Shown: one piece after another, positions 61,883 through 64,000 of the stretch
How positions within the stretch are numbered: position 1 is the stretch's first letter
How the letters are laid out: each line of letters starts with the position of its first letter
NCBI GenBank assembly: GCA_026397725.1
Contig: JAPLUI010000182.1
Coordinates: 747 to 64,746 of the forward strand
Reading direction: 5' to 3'
Source: Verrucomicrobiota bacterium
Lineage (GTDB): Bacteria > Verrucomicrobiota > Verrucomicrobiia > Verrucomicrobiales > Akkermansiaceae
DNA: 64,000 nt
The notes under the pieces: model-generated
What the model was told of the DNA's origin: nothing
The model's database searches: none
Seen by the model: only the letters and a program-made list of their open reading frames with translations
Made by a program: the position numbers and the translations under genes

Positions 61883-62810
61883 TCACCACCCCCGCTCCAG
61901 AGCTTCCTTGGCGGCGACGCGGTTGAGGACCTCCGCGCAGCTTTCCCAGTTGATGCTGGCGATCTGGTTGTACTTGGCCTCGAAGGGGTGCTTTTCCGGC
62001 ACGGCGTTGATGGTCTCGCGAACCTTGCGCTCGTCGCCAAGGGCAGCGGCGATCCAGGCAGCTTCGAGGGTGTCCGGGATCTGGCCGAAGAGATCATGGA
62101 TGTGTTGGAGCCGCGTGGAGAGCATCTGATGGGTGCGGTCCTCGATGGAATTCCGGTAGCGCATGTTGAACACGTAAACGGTGTCGCGCTTCTGGCCGAT
62201 GCGCTGGATGCGACCCTTGCGCTGTTCGAGGCGGGTCGGGTTCCACGGCAGGTCGAGGTTGATGAGGGTGCCGAGGCGCTGGAGATTGAGGCCCTCACTG
62301 GCGGCGTCGGTGCCAACCAGGATCTTGATTTCAACTTCGCGGACTAGTTGTTTGAGATCCTCACACTCGGCGGGCTGGCGGTCACCACCGCGGTAGTAAG
62401 CGGAACGCCCACTGCCAGCGTAGAGTCCTATCAATTCATCAGGCAGTGCCTCCTTGCTGAGCTTGGCTGCCAACCACTCGGCGGAGTCGTAGTATTGTGA
62501 AAAAAATCATGCAGCCGAATCTCTTCCATGGCTGGCCTTCCGCCTCGGGATTGCCTTCGGTCAGGAGCCGGTGAACCACTCGGTATTTCGGGTCTTCCGA
62601 GTGGTTGCTTTCCAGGGCTCGCACGGAGTTCTCCAACAGCGCCCGTTCGGCGGGCGAGAGGGTTTTGAAATCATCGCGCTTCGGCGGCTCGTCTTCGTCT
62701 TCATCGTCGTCCTCGATCAATTCCCAGTTTTCCAACATCTTGCGGGCGGTGGAAATTCCGGCCACCACGCTGCTGCCGGCGCGGCGGAGCAGCAAGGTCT
62801 TGAGGAACCG
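61883..62810 (-). pseudogene. C-terminal part of an SNF2 helicase (PLD-helicase anti-phage type), 5'-truncated and frameshifted
   Basis: FLKTLLLRR.GS, DPKY, GCMIF/SQYYDS split at an A7 run (62500-62506), GTDAASEGLNLQ, DLPWNPTRLEQRKGRIQRIGQ. Confidence 0.85.
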
Positions 62811-64000
62811 CGAGATGCAGAAATATTGGATAAAATGTATTCTTGCGGCGTTCTACTTGGCGATCAGTCCGAGCACGGATGGAAGATACGCTATCAGCAG
62901 GGTGACTTCAATATGACGACCGCCTCTAAGCTTCTCCCTCCGTTGTCAAAGTGGGAAGAGCAGGGCTACATCCCTGACGAATATGGCCACTGGCTCAAGG
63001 GCGCGTGGCGCCCAATTTCAAATTTTGGATTTCAAATTTCAAATCTCCCTTCCCACGCCCGCGCCGCCACCATCACCACCCGCCCCGAGATTCTCCTCTC
63101 CCGCGACGGCACCCAGGCCATTCGCATTAAGGATATCAAAGAGATGGCGCTTCCTCTTTATCAAGGCGTGATGATGCACCAGTTCGAGCCGAGCGCAGCA
63201 GCGTGGCGGTCAGGCACCGGATTGAATGCCAAATGGGACGACGTCGAATGGAGTGATAAACACTTTTCCCCGCAATTCTTGATGGACGTAAAGACAGTAA
63301 TCGCTGCCGGTCCTTCAGCCGCCACTTTCAAAGTCGGATTTAGAGATATTGCCAGAACAACGGATCAGAGAACAATGATTGCAACGACTGTTCCGCGCAT
63401 GCCGTGCGGAAACCCCTGCCCAACATTGTCCGGTGAGGGCAACCCGGTCGCACTGGTCGCCGCTTTGGATAGCTTCGTCTATGACTATCAAATCAGAACT
63501 CGATCATCCGGAACGCACCTCAACTATTTCATCATCGCAGAGACTTCCGTGCCTCAAATCACAGATGCGAACTCCATTCTCGCCCCGCTCAGCGCGTCCC
63601 TTTGCGGTGGGATGCCAATTTTTTCACCACTCTGGCAGCGACTCGCGACCCCAGCGGCCATGAAGCGCAGTTGGCAGCATCACTGGGCGTTGACTCCTTA
63701 CGAACGCATACGACTTCGCTGCGTCGTTGATGCTTGCGTCGCTTATACCTTTGGACTGACTGCGGAACAGTTTGCCTGGCTTTTGAATGAGTGCGACTAC
63801 CCGGCTAGCGATGCCAACTCAAACGACTTCAGCAGCCGCCTCGATCCCAAAGGCTTCTGGCGGGTGGACAAAGAGAAGGACCCGGAGTTGCGGCACACGG
63901 TGCTGGCGCAGGTGGCGTTTGCGGACCTAACGGAGCAGGGTCTGGACGCCTTTCTGGCCGGTCCGGACGGCGACGGCTGGCAACTCCCCGCAACCCTCCG
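62811..64000 (+). pseudogene. C-terminal part of a type IIG/Eco57I-like restriction-modification methyltransferase (5'-truncated; runs off window; not in ORF track)
   Basis: Manual translation: RDAEILDKMY..GVLLGD...DFNMTT, LPLYQGVMMHQF, FRDIARTTDQRTMIA, LDSFVYDY, HLNYF, PKGFWRVDKEKDPELRHTVL. Confidence 0.75.

Noticed and set aside
1-64000. tRNA/rRNA genes or a prophage
   Set aside because: I recognised no cloverleaf, rRNA-conserved sequence or phage hallmark genes by eye; a tRNAscan/Infernal run would be needed to be certain.

Overview
A high-GC bacterial chromosome window. The gene content suggests Verrucomicrobiota (Luteolibacter-like); this is inference. Housekeeping genes (apt, PBP1A-like, MidA-type methyltransferase, RidA family, two PilT ATPases, pdxH, ispH, cinA, dusB) and secreted or sugar-active enzymes are interleaved with many short gene remnants. 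Mobile and repeat features are an IS1634 at the left edge, a damaged RAYT transposase, and a three-copy non-coding REP/heptamer element. A decayed defence island occupies the right edge (RloA/RloB-like pair, SNF2 helicase remnant, type IIG methyltransferase remnant). The most notable observations are: (1) a CD38-like ADP-ribosyl-cyclase/NADase toxin gene downstream of cNMP-binding, FHA-GAF-cyclase and YkgJ genes; (2) apparent window-wide, strand-symmetric enrichment of GTTAGR/YCTAAC inside genes through rare codons; (3) an SSS-like permease fused to a hotdog thioesterase; (4) a class A PBP with a dead transpeptidase domain; (5) a defence cassette flanked by direct repeats of a CRR6-like gene. 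No rRNA, tRNA or CRISPR array was recognised. All family calls come from motif recognition by eye; no searches were run.
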